Assembly (NCBI GenBank): GCA_002304935.1
Contig: DBPS01000040.1
Location: 35,675-99,674, forward strand
From: Candidatus Humimicrobium oleiphilum
Lineage (GTDB): Bacteria > Actinomycetota > Humimicrobiia > Humimicrobiales > Humimicrobiaceae
DNA length: 64,000 nt
Reading direction: 5' to 3'
The notes beneath the pieces were generated by a model. It was not told the DNA's origin. It ran no database searches and worked only from the letters and a program-made list of their open reading frames with translations. The translations under genes and the position numbers were made by a program. This document shows positions 30,775-41,203 of this stretch, piece by piece; position 1 is the stretch's first letter; each line of letters opens with the position of its first letter.

Positions 30775-31902
30775 ATGAAAAATATAAAAAATATTTCTGT
30801 TATAGGCCTGGGCCTGATAGGCGGTTCTCTGGCGATTGCTTTAAAAAATATCAAAAAAGATATAATTGTGACGGGTTTTGACAGGGATCCTGAATCTGTC
30901 AGTATAGCCTTATATAGAAAAATAATCGACATAGCTGCCGGCAGCTACAAAGAAGCGGTCACTGATGCTGATCTGGTTATTATTGCAACACCTGTAAGAT
31001 TAATCGCTGATATTGCTTTTGAAATCAAAGACCATCTGAAACCAGATACAATAGTAACAGATGTCGGAAGTGCAAAATTAAATATTGTTGAAAAAATAAA
31101 TAAAATATTTCCAAAAGGTGTGATTTTTATTGGCGGCCATCCAATGGCCGGTTCTGAAAATGAAGGTGTCCTCAGTGCCAAATCAGATCTTTTTTTAAAC
31201 GCATATTATATCCTGACACCTACGGATACAACCAGATCTGAAGCTCTGGTGTCTCTTCATAATCTATTTACAAAAATAGGCGCAAAAGTCATAACAGTAT
31301 CTCCGGTGGAACACGATAAAATAGTTGCGCTGATAAGCCATCTTCCACACATACTTTCTACCAACCTTGTCGCACTTGTCGACAATAAGCAAAAGTCTAT
31401 TAAAAATCTTTTTAAACTCTGTGCCGGAGGGTTTAGGGATATGACAAGAATTGCTGCCTCCAACCCTAAAATGTGGGTGGATATAAGTCTTGAAAATAAA
31501 GAAGAGATAATAAACTCAATAGACGATTACATCGATTTCCTAAAAAGGTTCAGGGAAAGCCTTACAACGAATAATGAAGAATATATCAGGGAACACTATG
31601 ATAGTGCCAAAGAGGCACGTTTAAACCTTCCAAAATACATTGACAAAGACATATCCAAACTATATGAGGTACGGGTTGAGATGTCCGATATAAAAGGTGT
31701 TTTAAGCGAAATTACACTGGCTATTAGTTCTGCAGGAGTGAATATTGAAGATATCTCGATTTTTCACTCAACAGAAATTCTTGGAAGAGGAATACTGAAA
31801 ATACTTGTACATGGGGAAAATGCCGGTGCCATTTCAAAGGAAGCTCTGGAAAAATTAGGCCATCAGGCAAGCATAAAAAAAGTAATCGGGGAAGATGAAT
31901 AA
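30775..31902 (+). CDS. tyrA: prephenate dehydrogenase with a C-terminal ACT domain
   Basis: Rossmann motif ISVIGLGLIGGSLA. Contains the PDH family core. The C-terminus has an ACT fold. Confidence 0.8.
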   Translation: MKNIKNISVIGLGLIGGSLAIALKNIKKDIIVTGFDRDPESVSIALYRKIIDIAAGSYKEAVTDADLVIIATPVRLIADIAFEIKDHLKPDTIVTDVGSAKLNIVEKINKIFPKGVIFIGGHPMAGSENEGVLSAKSDLFLNAYYILTPTDTTRSEALVSLHNLFTKIGAKVITVSPVEHDKIVALISHLPHILSTNLVALVDNKQKSIKNLFKLCAGGFRDMTRIAASNPKMWVDISLENKEEIINSIDDYIDFLKRFRESLTTNNEEYIREHYDSAKEARLNLPKYIDKDISKLYEVRVEMSDIKGVLSEITLAISSAGVNIEDISIFHSTEILGRGILKILVHGENAGAISKEALEKLGHQASIKKVIGEDE

Positions 31903-33208
31903 GGAAGAAACAAACATGGAAATAAAAGGTCCGTATAGCATTAACGGTATACTTGAAGTTCCGGGAGATAAATCTATTTCGCACAGATCTGTAATAATAT
32001 CTGCCCTTACCAGGCAGAAAATCATAGTAGATAATTTTCTTTTATCACAGGATTGCATGAAAACACTAGGCATAATGGAAAAATTAGGTGTCAGATATGA
32101 TTTAAATAAAACAAGCCTTTTGATACAGGGATGCGGTATTGACGGATTTAACGAACCTGATGATGTTTTGTATGTCGGTAATTCCGGAACTACGATAAGG
32201 CTTCTGGCAGGTCTTTTATGCACATGTAGTTTTCTTTCTGTTTTAAGCGGCGATCCTTCTATTAATAACAGGCCCATGGACAGGATAATAAAGCCACTGA
32301 GAGAAATGGGTGCAGAGGTTTTTGGCAGATCAGGTAATAATAAAGCACCCCTTGTAATATTTGGTAAAGAATATCTTAAAGGAAAGACTTTTAATCTCAG
32401 CATTTCAAGTGCCCAGGTTAAATCATGCCTGCTTTTTGCAGGTATGTCTGCCGAAGGAGTTACTGAAATAAGACAACCTTCTGCATCACGAGACCATACA
32501 GAAAGAATGCTTGAATATTTTGGAGCAGAAATCGATTATAGCGAAGGAAATAATGTAAAGATTAAAAAATCAAGCCTTAAAGGGAGAAATTTATATATAC
32601 CTGGTGATTTTTCATCTGCTGCATTTTTTATTATTGCCGCACTTATCCTTGAAGACTCAGAAATCATCATAAAAAATGTGGGCATAAATCCTACAAGGAC
32701 ATATCTGCTTGAAATTTTAAAGAAAATGGGCGGCAACATAGAAATAATAAATTGCAGAACTACTAATAATGAACCTGTCGCAGATATCAAAGTATCTTCA
32801 AGTGAATTAAAAGCAACAGATATAAATGAAAAATTCATGCCAAATATTATTGATGAAATACCCATACTTAGTGTGGCATGTGCTTTTGCTTCAGGTAATA
32901 CAATAATAAAAGGTGCGAAAGAATTAAGGGTGAAGGAAAGTGACAGAATAAAAGCAATTGTAACTGAATTTGGTAAAATAGGTATAAAAATTAAAGAAAA
33001 TGAAGATGGTTTTATTATTTATGGCAATAGAGAATATGATTTGCTGCAGGCAGACATTGAATCATATGGTGATCACAGAATAGCAATGGCACTTTCAATA
33101 GCGGCCCTGAAAGGCAGAAATAAAATATCGATAAAAAATAGTGGATGCATAGATACATCTTTCCCGGGTTTTAAAGAAAAACTATTCAGCATTATTAATT
33201 TAAAATAA
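31895..33208 (+). CDS. aroA: 3-phosphoshikimate 1-carboxyvinyltransferase (EPSP synthase)
   Basis: 437 aa. Motifs PGDKSISHR and LYVGNSGTTIRLL. Confidence 0.9.
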   Translation: MNKEETNMEIKGPYSINGILEVPGDKSISHRSVIISALTRQKIIVDNFLLSQDCMKTLGIMEKLGVRYDLNKTSLLIQGCGIDGFNEPDDVLYVGNSGTTIRLLAGLLCTCSFLSVLSGDPSINNRPMDRIIKPLREMGAEVFGRSGNNKAPLVIFGKEYLKGKTFNLSISSAQVKSCLLFAGMSAEGVTEIRQPSASRDHTERMLEYFGAEIDYSEGNNVKIKKSSLKGRNLYIPGDFSSAAFFIIAALILEDSEIIIKNVGINPTRTYLLEILKKMGGNIEIINCRTTNNEPVADIKVSSSELKATDINEKFMPNIIDEIPILSVACAFASGNTIIKGAKELRVKESDRIKAIVTEFGKIGIKIKENEDGFIIYGNREYDLLQADIESYGDHRIAMALSIAALKGRNKISIKNSGCIDTSFPGFKEKLFSIINLK

Positions 33209-33219
33209 CCATAATTATA

Positions 33220-33951
33220 TTGAGAAACAAAAAATTGAAAAATTCAAATTCAAAAAACACGCAGAATATTATAACTATTGACGGACCGGCAGGCAGTGGC
33301 AAAAGCACTATAGCAAAACTTATAGCAAAAGATATCGGCCTGAGCTATATTGATACCGGTGCAATGTACAGAGCAATAACTTTAATAGCCCTTGAAAATA
33401 ATATTGATCTTGAAGATGAAGAGGCTATTCTGGAAAAGGCAAAAAATTATACCATAAGACTTGATTCCAATGCATCTGATCCGGATAAATATACAAATAT
33501 TTATCTTAATGACAGAGATATCACGATGGATATCCGTAGCAGGGAAGTAGGAGAAGCAGTTTCAATTGTTTCAAAACTATCCGGAATAAGAAAATTTCTT
33601 GTTTCTCTTCAGAGAGACCTGTCAGATAAACAGGCATCCGTAATAGAAGGCAGGGATACCGGAAGTGTAGTCTGCCCTGATGCTATCTGTAAAATTTACC
33701 TTACTGCAGATATAGATGAAAGAGTTAAAAGAAGGGAAAAACAGCTAAACAGTAACAGGCAGAAATCTGACAGAGTGCAGATTAAAAAAGAAATAGAGAA
33801 CAGGGATAAGATCGACAGTACCAGGAAAGACAGCCCTCTTGTGATTCCCGATAATGCCCATGTAATTGATACTACAGGAATGAGTATTAAACAGGTATCC
33901 GATGAAATTAAAAATATTTATCACAAAGAAATAAAAAATAAAAACAAATAA
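33220..33951 (+). CDS. cmk: cytidylate kinase
   Basis: ITIDGPAGSGKST plus IDTGAMYRA. Confidence 0.85.
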   Translation: MRNKKLKNSNSKNTQNIITIDGPAGSGKSTIAKLIAKDIGLSYIDTGAMYRAITLIALENNIDLEDEEAILEKAKNYTIRLDSNASDPDKYTNIYLNDRDITMDIRSREVGEAVSIVSKLSGIRKFLVSLQRDLSDKQASVIEGRDTGSVVCPDAICKIYLTADIDERVKRREKQLNSNRQKSDRVQIKKEIENRDKIDSTRKDSPLVIPDNAHVIDTTGMSIKQVSDEIKNIYHKEIKNKNK

Positions 33952-33968
33952 TCCGGACAGGTTTTAAA

Positions 33969-34628
33969 ATGAAAATAAAGCTTTTTAAAACTAAGAGGAA
34001 CAGGGCTTATTTATTTTTTTACAGGGTAATGCAGCTTATTGTAAATATTATATTTAAGCCATTATTCAGAATAGAAATAATAAACAGGGAAAAATCATTT
34101 CATAAAGGAAAACTTATTTTATGCTGTAATCATTTTAGTGCTTTTGATCCTGTGCTTATGGGTGAATATTACCCCAGACCGGTTTATTTTATGGCTAAAA
34201 GAGAGTTGTTCAGGAAATTTTTTTTCAGGATTTTAATAGAATTCTTTAATGCTTTTCCAGTTAACAGATCAGGGGTAGACAGGAGTGCAATCAATAAAGC
34301 TGTGGATGTAATAAATTCAGGGAATACTCTTGGTATTTTCCCTGAAGGAACCCGCTCTTCCGGTGAAAAAATAGGCGCAGGACATAAAGGGCTGGCTCTG
34401 ATAGCTTATCTGACAGGTGCTCCCATTTTGCCGATGGCAATTTGTGATTTAAAAAAAGTTTCACGTGGCAGAAAGAAAATCATATGGCCAAAAATAAGGA
34501 TAATTTTTGGCGATATTATAAATACTGAAGAGATTTTTAACAAATATCCAAAAAAAGAAGGTATAAATATACTGGCATCAGCAGCTATAGATGATTTAAA
34601 AAAACTATTTTCTAAAATAAATTATTAA
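33969..34628 (+). CDS. plsC: 1-acyl-sn-glycerol-3-phosphate acyltransferase
   Basis: HxxxxD motif (NHFSAFD) and FPEGTRS. Confidence 0.8.
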   Translation: MKIKLFKTKRNRAYLFFYRVMQLIVNIIFKPLFRIEIINREKSFHKGKLILCCNHFSAFDPVLMGEYYPRPVYFMAKRELFRKFFFRILIEFFNAFPVNRSGVDRSAINKAVDVINSGNTLGIFPEGTRSSGEKIGAGHKGLALIAYLTGAPILPMAICDLKKVSRGRKKIIWPKIRIIFGDIINTEEIFNKYPKKEGINILASAAIDDLKKLFSKINY

Positions 34629-34630
34629 TT

Positions 34631-35491
34631 ATGCAGATTGTAATAGGTAAATATTCAGGCTACTGTCCCGGAGTAAAAAGAGCCATAAAAATACTTGATG
34701 GCGCTATTGATGCTGCAGCAAAAAGCAAGACAAATAAAAACATCTATACTGCAGGTGAAATTATACATAATCCCAGGGTAGTGGATTCATATCTTAAAAA
34801 AGGTGTGAATATTATGAAAAAGAGCTGCATTTTAAATCCTGATGATACTCTTGTAATCAGATCACACGGGATAAGTCCGGAATTAAAAGACTCCTTTAAA
34901 AATATGGGTGCTGATATTATTGATGCCACTTGTCCTTTTGTTTCAAAAGCTCATGAAATAGCAAAAAAACTAAGCGAAGAAGGATATTTTATAATATTGA
35001 TAGGTGAAAAAAATCACCCTGAAGTAAATGGAATAGCAGGAAATATAAAAACCGGCTGTTATGCGATAATCGAAAATGAAAATGAAATAAAGAATTTAAA
35101 CTGCAGGACGAAGATAGCTGTTCTTTCACAGACTACCCAGCCTGGTTATAATTTTGACATGATATGCCGTAAACTTATTGGAATGTTTTCCTGTGAAATC
35201 AGAATTTTCAGAACTATATGCCAGACCACCAATTTAAGGCAGAAAGAGGCTGTAAAGCTTGCTTCTCTTAACGATGTTATTATCGTTGTGGGTGGCAGAA
35301 ACAGCGCAAATACCAAAAAACTTAATTGTATGGCTGCTTCTGTCCAGAAAAAAACATATCATATTGAAGATGAGGCGGAAGTGAAAAAAGAGTGGTTTAA
35401 AACAACTGATAAAGTAGCTATTATCAGTGGCGCATCAACGCCATACGATGATCTTGAAAATGTCAGGAAGAAAATAGAAAGCTTTTTTTAA
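34631..35491 (+). CDS. ispH: 4-hydroxy-3-methylbut-2-enyl diphosphate reductase
   Basis: N-terminus GYCPGVKRAI and three conserved Cys. 286 aa. Not fused to rpsA. Confidence 0.8.
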   Translation: MQIVIGKYSGYCPGVKRAIKILDGAIDAAAKSKTNKNIYTAGEIIHNPRVVDSYLKKGVNIMKKSCILNPDDTLVIRSHGISPELKDSFKNMGADIIDATCPFVSKAHEIAKKLSEEGYFIILIGEKNHPEVNGIAGNIKTGCYAIIENENEIKNLNCRTKIAVLSQTTQPGYNFDMICRKLIGMFSCEIRIFRTICQTTNLRQKEAVKLASLNDVIIVVGGRNSANTKKLNCMAASVQKKTYHIEDEAEVKKEWFKTTDKVAIISGASTPYDDLENVRKKIESFF

Positions 35492-35499
35492 TTTGCCAG

Positions 35500-36597
35500 A
35501 TGTCTATAAAAAAATGTCATAATAAATGTATTTTTTGTTTTATTGAACAGCTTCCGGAAGGTTTAAGGAAAACACTTTATCTGAAGGACGATGACTATCT
35601 TGAATCTTTCAAGCATGGCAATTTTATAACCCTTACAAATTTAAATAATAAAGATATTGATAAGATAATCAAGTACAGTCTTTCTCCCTTGTATATATCG
35701 TTTCATAGCGCTGATTTAAAAACAAGAGACCTTATTTTTAACAATAAAGAGCAGTTTAAGGCGATAGATTATCTAAAAAAACTTGATGAAAATAATATAG
35801 TTACAAATCTTCAGATAGTTGTATGCCCCGGAATAAATGATGGCGATGATCTTAAGAATACATTGAATTTTATAAATCATCTCAGAAACGTCCACTCAGT
35901 CGGACTGGTTCCTGTAGGTATAACCAAATATAATAAAAGTGAGAAAATCAATGGTTTTGACAGAATTCTTTCAAATAAACTGATAGATCTCATTGATTGT
36001 ATTAAAGCAGATTACAATTCCGGAAATGTTTATATTTCGGATGAATTCTACTTGTTGGCAGGCAGGGAGATCCCTGATTTTAAGCATTACAATGATTTTC
36101 CACAGATAGAAAATGGAATAGGCATGCTTGCTGATTTTAAAAATGACTTTATCAGATTTTTGGACAAACCATTAATAAAAAATATTGAATATAAAGTCAA
36201 TGGTAAAAAAGAAAAAAAAGAAAGCAGTATACTTGTTCTTACATCTGAATACTCTAAAAATTTTATAGAATCATTAATACAGGATTTAAAAAACAGAGTT
36301 GAAAAATTAAACATAAACTTAAACTTTAATATTAGTGTCTCAGAAGTCAAAAATGATATCTTCGGAGGGAATGTAAAAGTAACGGGGCTTCTTTCGTTCA
36401 ATGATTTTTACAAACATGCTTTAAAAATAAAAGATATAAATAAGTATGATAAAATATTAATCTCAGATATTATATTCAATAAAAACGGAATAACTCTAGA
36501 TGACAAAAGCAAGCATGACTTTAATAAAATATCAGAAAAAATTTTTTTTGTAAAAAATAATGGCAATTCATTTGCAAAGGAGCTTTTAAAAATATGA
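35500..36597 (+). CDS. radical SAM / DUF512-like protein
   Basis: CHNKCIFC (a CX3CX2C motif) lies at residues 6-13. Its position upstream of der is where DUF512 radical-SAM genes sit in Clostridia. Confidence 0.45.
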   Translation: MSIKKCHNKCIFCFIEQLPEGLRKTLYLKDDDYLESFKHGNFITLTNLNNKDIDKIIKYSLSPLYISFHSADLKTRDLIFNNKEQFKAIDYLKKLDENNIVTNLQIVVCPGINDGDDLKNTLNFINHLRNVHSVGLVPVGITKYNKSEKINGFDRILSNKLIDLIDCIKADYNSGNVYISDEFYLLAGREIPDFKHYNDFPQIENGIGMLADFKNDFIRFLDKPLIKNIEYKVNGKKEKKESSILVLTSEYSKNFIESLIQDLKNRVEKLNINLNFNISVSEVKNDIFGGNVKVTGLLSFNDFYKHALKIKDINKYDKILISDIIFNKNGITLDDKSKHDFNKISEKIFFVKNNGNSFAKELLKI

Positions 36598-37907
36598 AAG
36601 ATGGTTTCAGCGTTGTATCAGTAATTGGAAAACCAAATATTGGGAAATCAACTCTGATAAACAGGATTTGCTCCAGCAAAGAAGCAATCGTGCATGAGCA
36701 TCCGATGATTACAAGAGACAGGAAATATTATAAAGCGGAATGGAACAATAAGATTTTTTATATATTGGATACAGGCGGTATGGATTTTAAACCTGATGAT
36801 AAATTATCCTTGCAGATATTTCTTCAATCCCGAAAAGCAATAGATGAGTCAGATATTATTATTTTTCTTGTCAATTTAAGAGAACCATTATCAATGGCTG
36901 ATGAGGAAATAATTTCACTTTTAAGGAAAACAGATAAAAAGATTATATTTGCCGGTAACAAATGGGACAGTGAAAAAGGGGATTACTTTACTGAAGACTA
37001 TCTTAAGCTTGGAATAGGTTATCCTTTAAAAATCTCTGCTATGCATGGAATAAACATAGGCGATCTTCTTGATGAAATAACAGATAATATTAATAAAACA
37101 GAAGATGAAAGCCAGGAAGGAAAAGAAAACCTTATTCCGGACATTGCCATACTGGGACAGCCAAATTCGGGTAAATCCACGCTTTTTAATACTCTCATAA
37201 AAGAAGAAAGAGTTATTGTAAGCGAGATAGAAGGTACGACAAGAGACACTATCGACAGCATTCTTAATCATAATGATAAAAATTACAGATTCATTGACAC
37301 TGCAGGATTAAAAAGAGACAAAGTCGTTGAAGAAGATTTGGAATACTACAGCAAATTAAGAACTGTCAGAATAATAAAAGAAGCCCAGATAGGACTTGTC
37401 CTTATAGATAGCACTGTCAAAACAACAAAACAGGATATAAACATTATAAATACATGCTTGAAAAATGGTACAAGTGTCATTGTCCTTATCACAAAGACTG
37501 ATCTGTCAGATAAGGAAAGCACAGACAATATAATAGAAGAACTTGACAGAAAGCTTTATTTTGCAGATTATATCCCATTTATAAAAATAAGCGCAGTCAA
37601 AAATAAAGGTATTGAAAAAATATTTAAATATATAGATGCCATCCTGCAGGAAAGAGCAAAAATCATTCCTGAAAACAAATTAATGACAATTTTCAAGCAA
37701 AAGGAAGATGCCAGCTATATATATGTTTCTGGAAAAAAATACAAGCTTAAATTTATTAAACAGATAGGGACGAATCCTCCTTTTTTTCTTGTATTTTCCA
37801 ATATGGATATTTCTGCAAAAACCAATATTAAAAATTATATAGAAAAAACACTGAGGGAGAATTTCGAGTTTAACGGTACTCCGATAATGCTGAAATTCAA
37901 ATATTAA
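36594..37907 (+). CDS. der: ribosome-associated GTPase Der (EngA)
   Basis: Two GTPase domains (GKPNIGKST and GQPNSGKST) plus a KH-like C-terminus. Confidence 0.9.
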   Translation: MKDGFSVVSVIGKPNIGKSTLINRICSSKEAIVHEHPMITRDRKYYKAEWNNKIFYILDTGGMDFKPDDKLSLQIFLQSRKAIDESDIIIFLVNLREPLSMADEEIISLLRKTDKKIIFAGNKWDSEKGDYFTEDYLKLGIGYPLKISAMHGINIGDLLDEITDNINKTEDESQEGKENLIPDIAILGQPNSGKSTLFNTLIKEERVIVSEIEGTTRDTIDSILNHNDKNYRFIDTAGLKRDKVVEEDLEYYSKLRTVRIIKEAQIGLVLIDSTVKTTKQDINIINTCLKNGTSVIVLITKTDLSDKESTDNIIEELDRKLYFADYIPFIKISAVKNKGIEKIFKYIDAILQERAKIIPENKLMTIFKQKEDASYIYVSGKKYKLKFIKQIGTNPPFFLVFSNMDISAKTNIKNYIEKTLRENFEFNGTPIMLKFKY

Positions 37908-37954
37908 AAAGTTTGTTTATTTTATTGCAGCCATTATAAATGTATAAATAGAAT

Positions 37955-38983
37955 ATGAAAGAAATACTGGTAATAGGTTCAGGCAGCTGGGGAACTACGA
38001 TTTCCCTGATGCTTGCCAATAAAAAATATAAGATAAATATATGGTCTTTTGAAGAAGATGTCGAGTGTGAGCTGAACCAGTATGGAACAAATAAAAAATA
38101 TACAGGGGATTATTCTTTTCCTGCCGGATCTGTCTATGCTTTTGGAACAGGAAGGATAAATGAAGCAATAAAAAAAATAAAACCTTCCCTGGTAGTATTT
38201 GCTGTTCCTTCACAATTTATAAGAAAAGTTGCAATAAGACTTAATGATTTTATTGAAAAATCGTGCAAAGATGTTTTTGCTGTTGTCAGTGCTGCAAAAG
38301 GAATAGAAAAAGAAACAAATTTAAGAATATCACAAATATTAAAAGAAGTTTTGCCCGATTACCTGAAAGATAAAATAGCAGCTCTTTCCGGCCCGAATAT
38401 ATCTTCAGAGATTTTAAAAAAATTGCCCAGTGTTTCAATAATTTCGTCGGAAAATGAAGAAATATTAGGTAATCTTCAAAAAATATTTTCCAACGATTAT
38501 TTCAGAGTCTACACAAATAAAGATATCGTAGGAGTAGAATTATGCGGAGCGCTTAAAAATATTATTGCAATAGCTGCAGGTATATCAGACGGACTTGGTT
38601 ATGCTTCCAATACCAAAGCTTCACTTATAACCAGAGGACTTTATGAATTGGAAAAATTCGGTAGAAAGTATGGTGCAAAAAGCAAGACTTTTGCAGGTAT
38701 CGCAGGGATGGGAGATCTGATAACGACCTGCATAAGCAAAGCAAGCAGAAACAGGCTCGTTGGCGAGAGACTCGCAGTAGGTGAAAATATTGAATCAATA
38801 AAGAATTCAATGAATATGATAGCTGAAGGCGTAGAAACCGCAAAAGCTGTTTATGATATGTCTCAAAAATTAAAAATAGAACTTCCGATTATAAATTGTG
38901 TATATGGGATCATATATGGAAATGAAAATGCCACAAAGTCTGTAGAGTATCTTATGAAAAGGAGTTATAAAGCCGAGTACTGA
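37955..38983 (+). CDS. gpsA: NAD(P)H-dependent glycerol-3-phosphate dehydrogenase
   Basis: GSGSWGTT Rossmann motif plus GpsA-family core. Confidence 0.85.
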   Translation: MKEILVIGSGSWGTTISLMLANKKYKINIWSFEEDVECELNQYGTNKKYTGDYSFPAGSVYAFGTGRINEAIKKIKPSLVVFAVPSQFIRKVAIRLNDFIEKSCKDVFAVVSAAKGIEKETNLRISQILKEVLPDYLKDKIAALSGPNISSEILKKLPSVSIISSENEEILGNLQKIFSNDYFRVYTNKDIVGVELCGALKNIIAIAAGISDGLGYASNTKASLITRGLYELEKFGRKYGAKSKTFAGIAGMGDLITTCISKASRNRLVGERLAVGENIESIKNSMNMIAEGVETAKAVYDMSQKLKIELPIINCVYGIIYGNENATKSVEYLMKRSYKAEY

Positions 38984-39079
38984 TCTTAAAGAAATCTGGA
39001 TAAATCAATATTTTATTTTTCAATGTTCTTGTAATCTTTACTATTAACTATTAATAATTTAAAATAACAATGTTTAATG

Positions 39080-39158
<79 letters not shown>

Positions 39159-39284
39159 TTTACAATAAAAATTAAATTAAATTATTTCAGCTTTAAATTG
39201 CCAGATTATTTAAAAAAATTAGTCATTTTTCCATAATTATATAAATAATTATTAATCAATAGTAAGTTAATAAAATAGAAAAAT

Positions 39285-40733
39285 ATGAATAAAATAAAAT
39301 TTGGGACAGACGGCTGGAGAGATATAATTGCAGACAATTTTAATTTTGAAAACCTTGGGATAGTAGTTAATTCGATAGCAAGATATCTGATTGAAAAAAA
39401 AGAAAACAGGAATGGTATTTTTATAGGCTTTGACAACAGATTTCTTTCAGAAGAATTTGCTTCCTTTTCTGCAAAAATACTAAGTGCATACGGATTTAAA
39501 GTATTTTTATCTGAAAAAAGCGTTCCCACTCCTGTCACTGCATTTAATGTTACAGATATGCATCTTGATGGTGCATTAATGATTACTGCAAGCCATAACC
39601 CTCCAAAATATAACGGCATCAAATTTATACCTAATTACGGGGGACCTGCAACAGATCTGATAACCAGCGACATTGAGAAGAATATAAGATTCTTATTAAA
39701 CAACAAAGATGCATTGCGGACTACATCTGAAAGTATCGATGAAAATATTGTTATTTTAACTGAATTTCCCAAATATTATGAGCAGATAAAAAAAATAGTT
39801 GATTTTGCATCAATCAAAAAAGCCGGATTAAAAATTGCAGCTGACATGCTTTATGGGGCGGGAATAAATATATTTCCAAAAATACTTGATGAGATTTCAG
39901 GTAATGAGATAAGGGTTTTAAATAATAAAAGAGATGCTTTATTTGGGGGAAAGCTGCCGGATCCTTCTGAAAAAAACCTTGCTGAGCTTAAAAAAATAAT
40001 TCTTGAAAAAAAATTTGATATAGGGGTAGCTCTTGATGGTGATGCAGATCGTTTTGGTGTAATTGATTCAGCAGGAGTTTTTTTGAATCCCAATAATGTA
40101 ATTTCACTGATTTTTTATTATCTTTGTTCTGTAAAAGGCCATAAAGGAAGCAATCTCAAAGCTGTCAGAACAGTAGCAACGACACATTTAATAGATGAAA
40201 TATGCAAAAAATTTGATATCGGATTAATCGAAACACCAGTGGGCTTCAAGTATATTGCTTCTGAGATGCTTAAAGGAAATGTATTAATAGGTGGTGAAGA
40301 GAGCGGTGGATTAAGCATTAAAGGACATATACCTGAAAAAGATGGGATTGCAGCTAATCTGCTGCTGATTGAGATTCAAAGTTACTTAAAAACACAGCTT
40401 CATGACATATGTCTTTCTGAATATCTCAGAATTATAAATAAAGAGCTGGGAGATTTTTACAATGAAAGGATAGATCTCCAGGTACCGAGAGAAAAAATGG
40501 CTGGCATTATTGATAGTTTTAAAAAAATGAAGGGTAATTCAATTGAAAATATAAAAATAAGTAATATTTTAACAAAAGATGGTGTAAAATTGTTGTTGGA
40601 AAATAAAGCCTGGGTGCTTTTAAGATTATCTGGAACAGAACCTCTGGTAAGATGTTATATAGAATCAAGAAATGAAAGCTTTTTTAATATTTTCAAGCAA
40701 TATATAATTAACTTTATAAAAAGTTTAACCTGA
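39285..40733 (+). CDS. phosphoglucomutase/phosphomannomutase family protein
   Basis: Active-site TASHNPPKYNGIKF and the DGDADR metal loop. Confidence 0.8.
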   Translation: MNKIKFGTDGWRDIIADNFNFENLGIVVNSIARYLIEKKENRNGIFIGFDNRFLSEEFASFSAKILSAYGFKVFLSEKSVPTPVTAFNVTDMHLDGALMITASHNPPKYNGIKFIPNYGGPATDLITSDIEKNIRFLLNNKDALRTTSESIDENIVILTEFPKYYEQIKKIVDFASIKKAGLKIAADMLYGAGINIFPKILDEISGNEIRVLNNKRDALFGGKLPDPSEKNLAELKKIILEKKFDIGVALDGDADRFGVIDSAGVFLNPNNVISLIFYYLCSVKGHKGSNLKAVRTVATTHLIDEICKKFDIGLIETPVGFKYIASEMLKGNVLIGGEESGGLSIKGHIPEKDGIAANLLLIEIQSYLKTQLHDICLSEYLRIINKELGDFYNERIDLQVPREKMAGIIDSFKKMKGNSIENIKISNILTKDGVKLLLENKAWVLLRLSGTEPLVRCYIESRNESFFNIFKQYIINFIKSLT

Positions 40734-40755
40734 TTATTTATTTATATTTTTTACT

Positions 40756-41193
40756 ATGAGTGATAATAACAAAATGGAAAATGACAATAAAAAAAATCCT
40801 CCAAAAACAGAATCGATCATAGAGCAGAAAATTGAGATAAAAGAGGAACTTACCGAAGAGACGATAAATCATTTAAAAGAGATAGTCAAAAAGGATAATG
40901 CAGGTCTTTTGGTTTTGAAAGGCACAAATATTGGTGAAATATTTGCCATCAATAAAGAAGATTTTAACATTGGCAGAGAAATAGATTCAGATATTTTCCT
41001 TGATGATATAACAGTTTCCAGAAAGCATGCGTCTATCATAAAAGCAGATAAATATTTCAAAATAGTTGATATGGGCAGCCTTAACGGGATTTATGTTAAC
41101 GGGAAACTGATAGAAGAGAAATACCTGGAGAATGGTGACAAAATACAGATAGGAAAGTATTTGTTTTATTTCTTTTGTTTGAATAACGAATAA
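40756..41193 (+). CDS. FHA-domain protein
   Basis: C-terminal FHA fold (GREIDSDIFLDDITVSRKHASI...LNGIYVNG). Confidence 0.7.
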   Translation: MSDNNKMENDNKKNPPKTESIIEQKIEIKEELTEETINHLKEIVKKDNAGLLVLKGTNIGEIFAINKEDFNIGREIDSDIFLDDITVSRKHASIIKADKYFKIVDMGSLNGIYVNGKLIEEKYLENGDKIQIGKYLFYFFCLNNE

Positions 41194-41203
41194 AGTTATT
41201 TAA

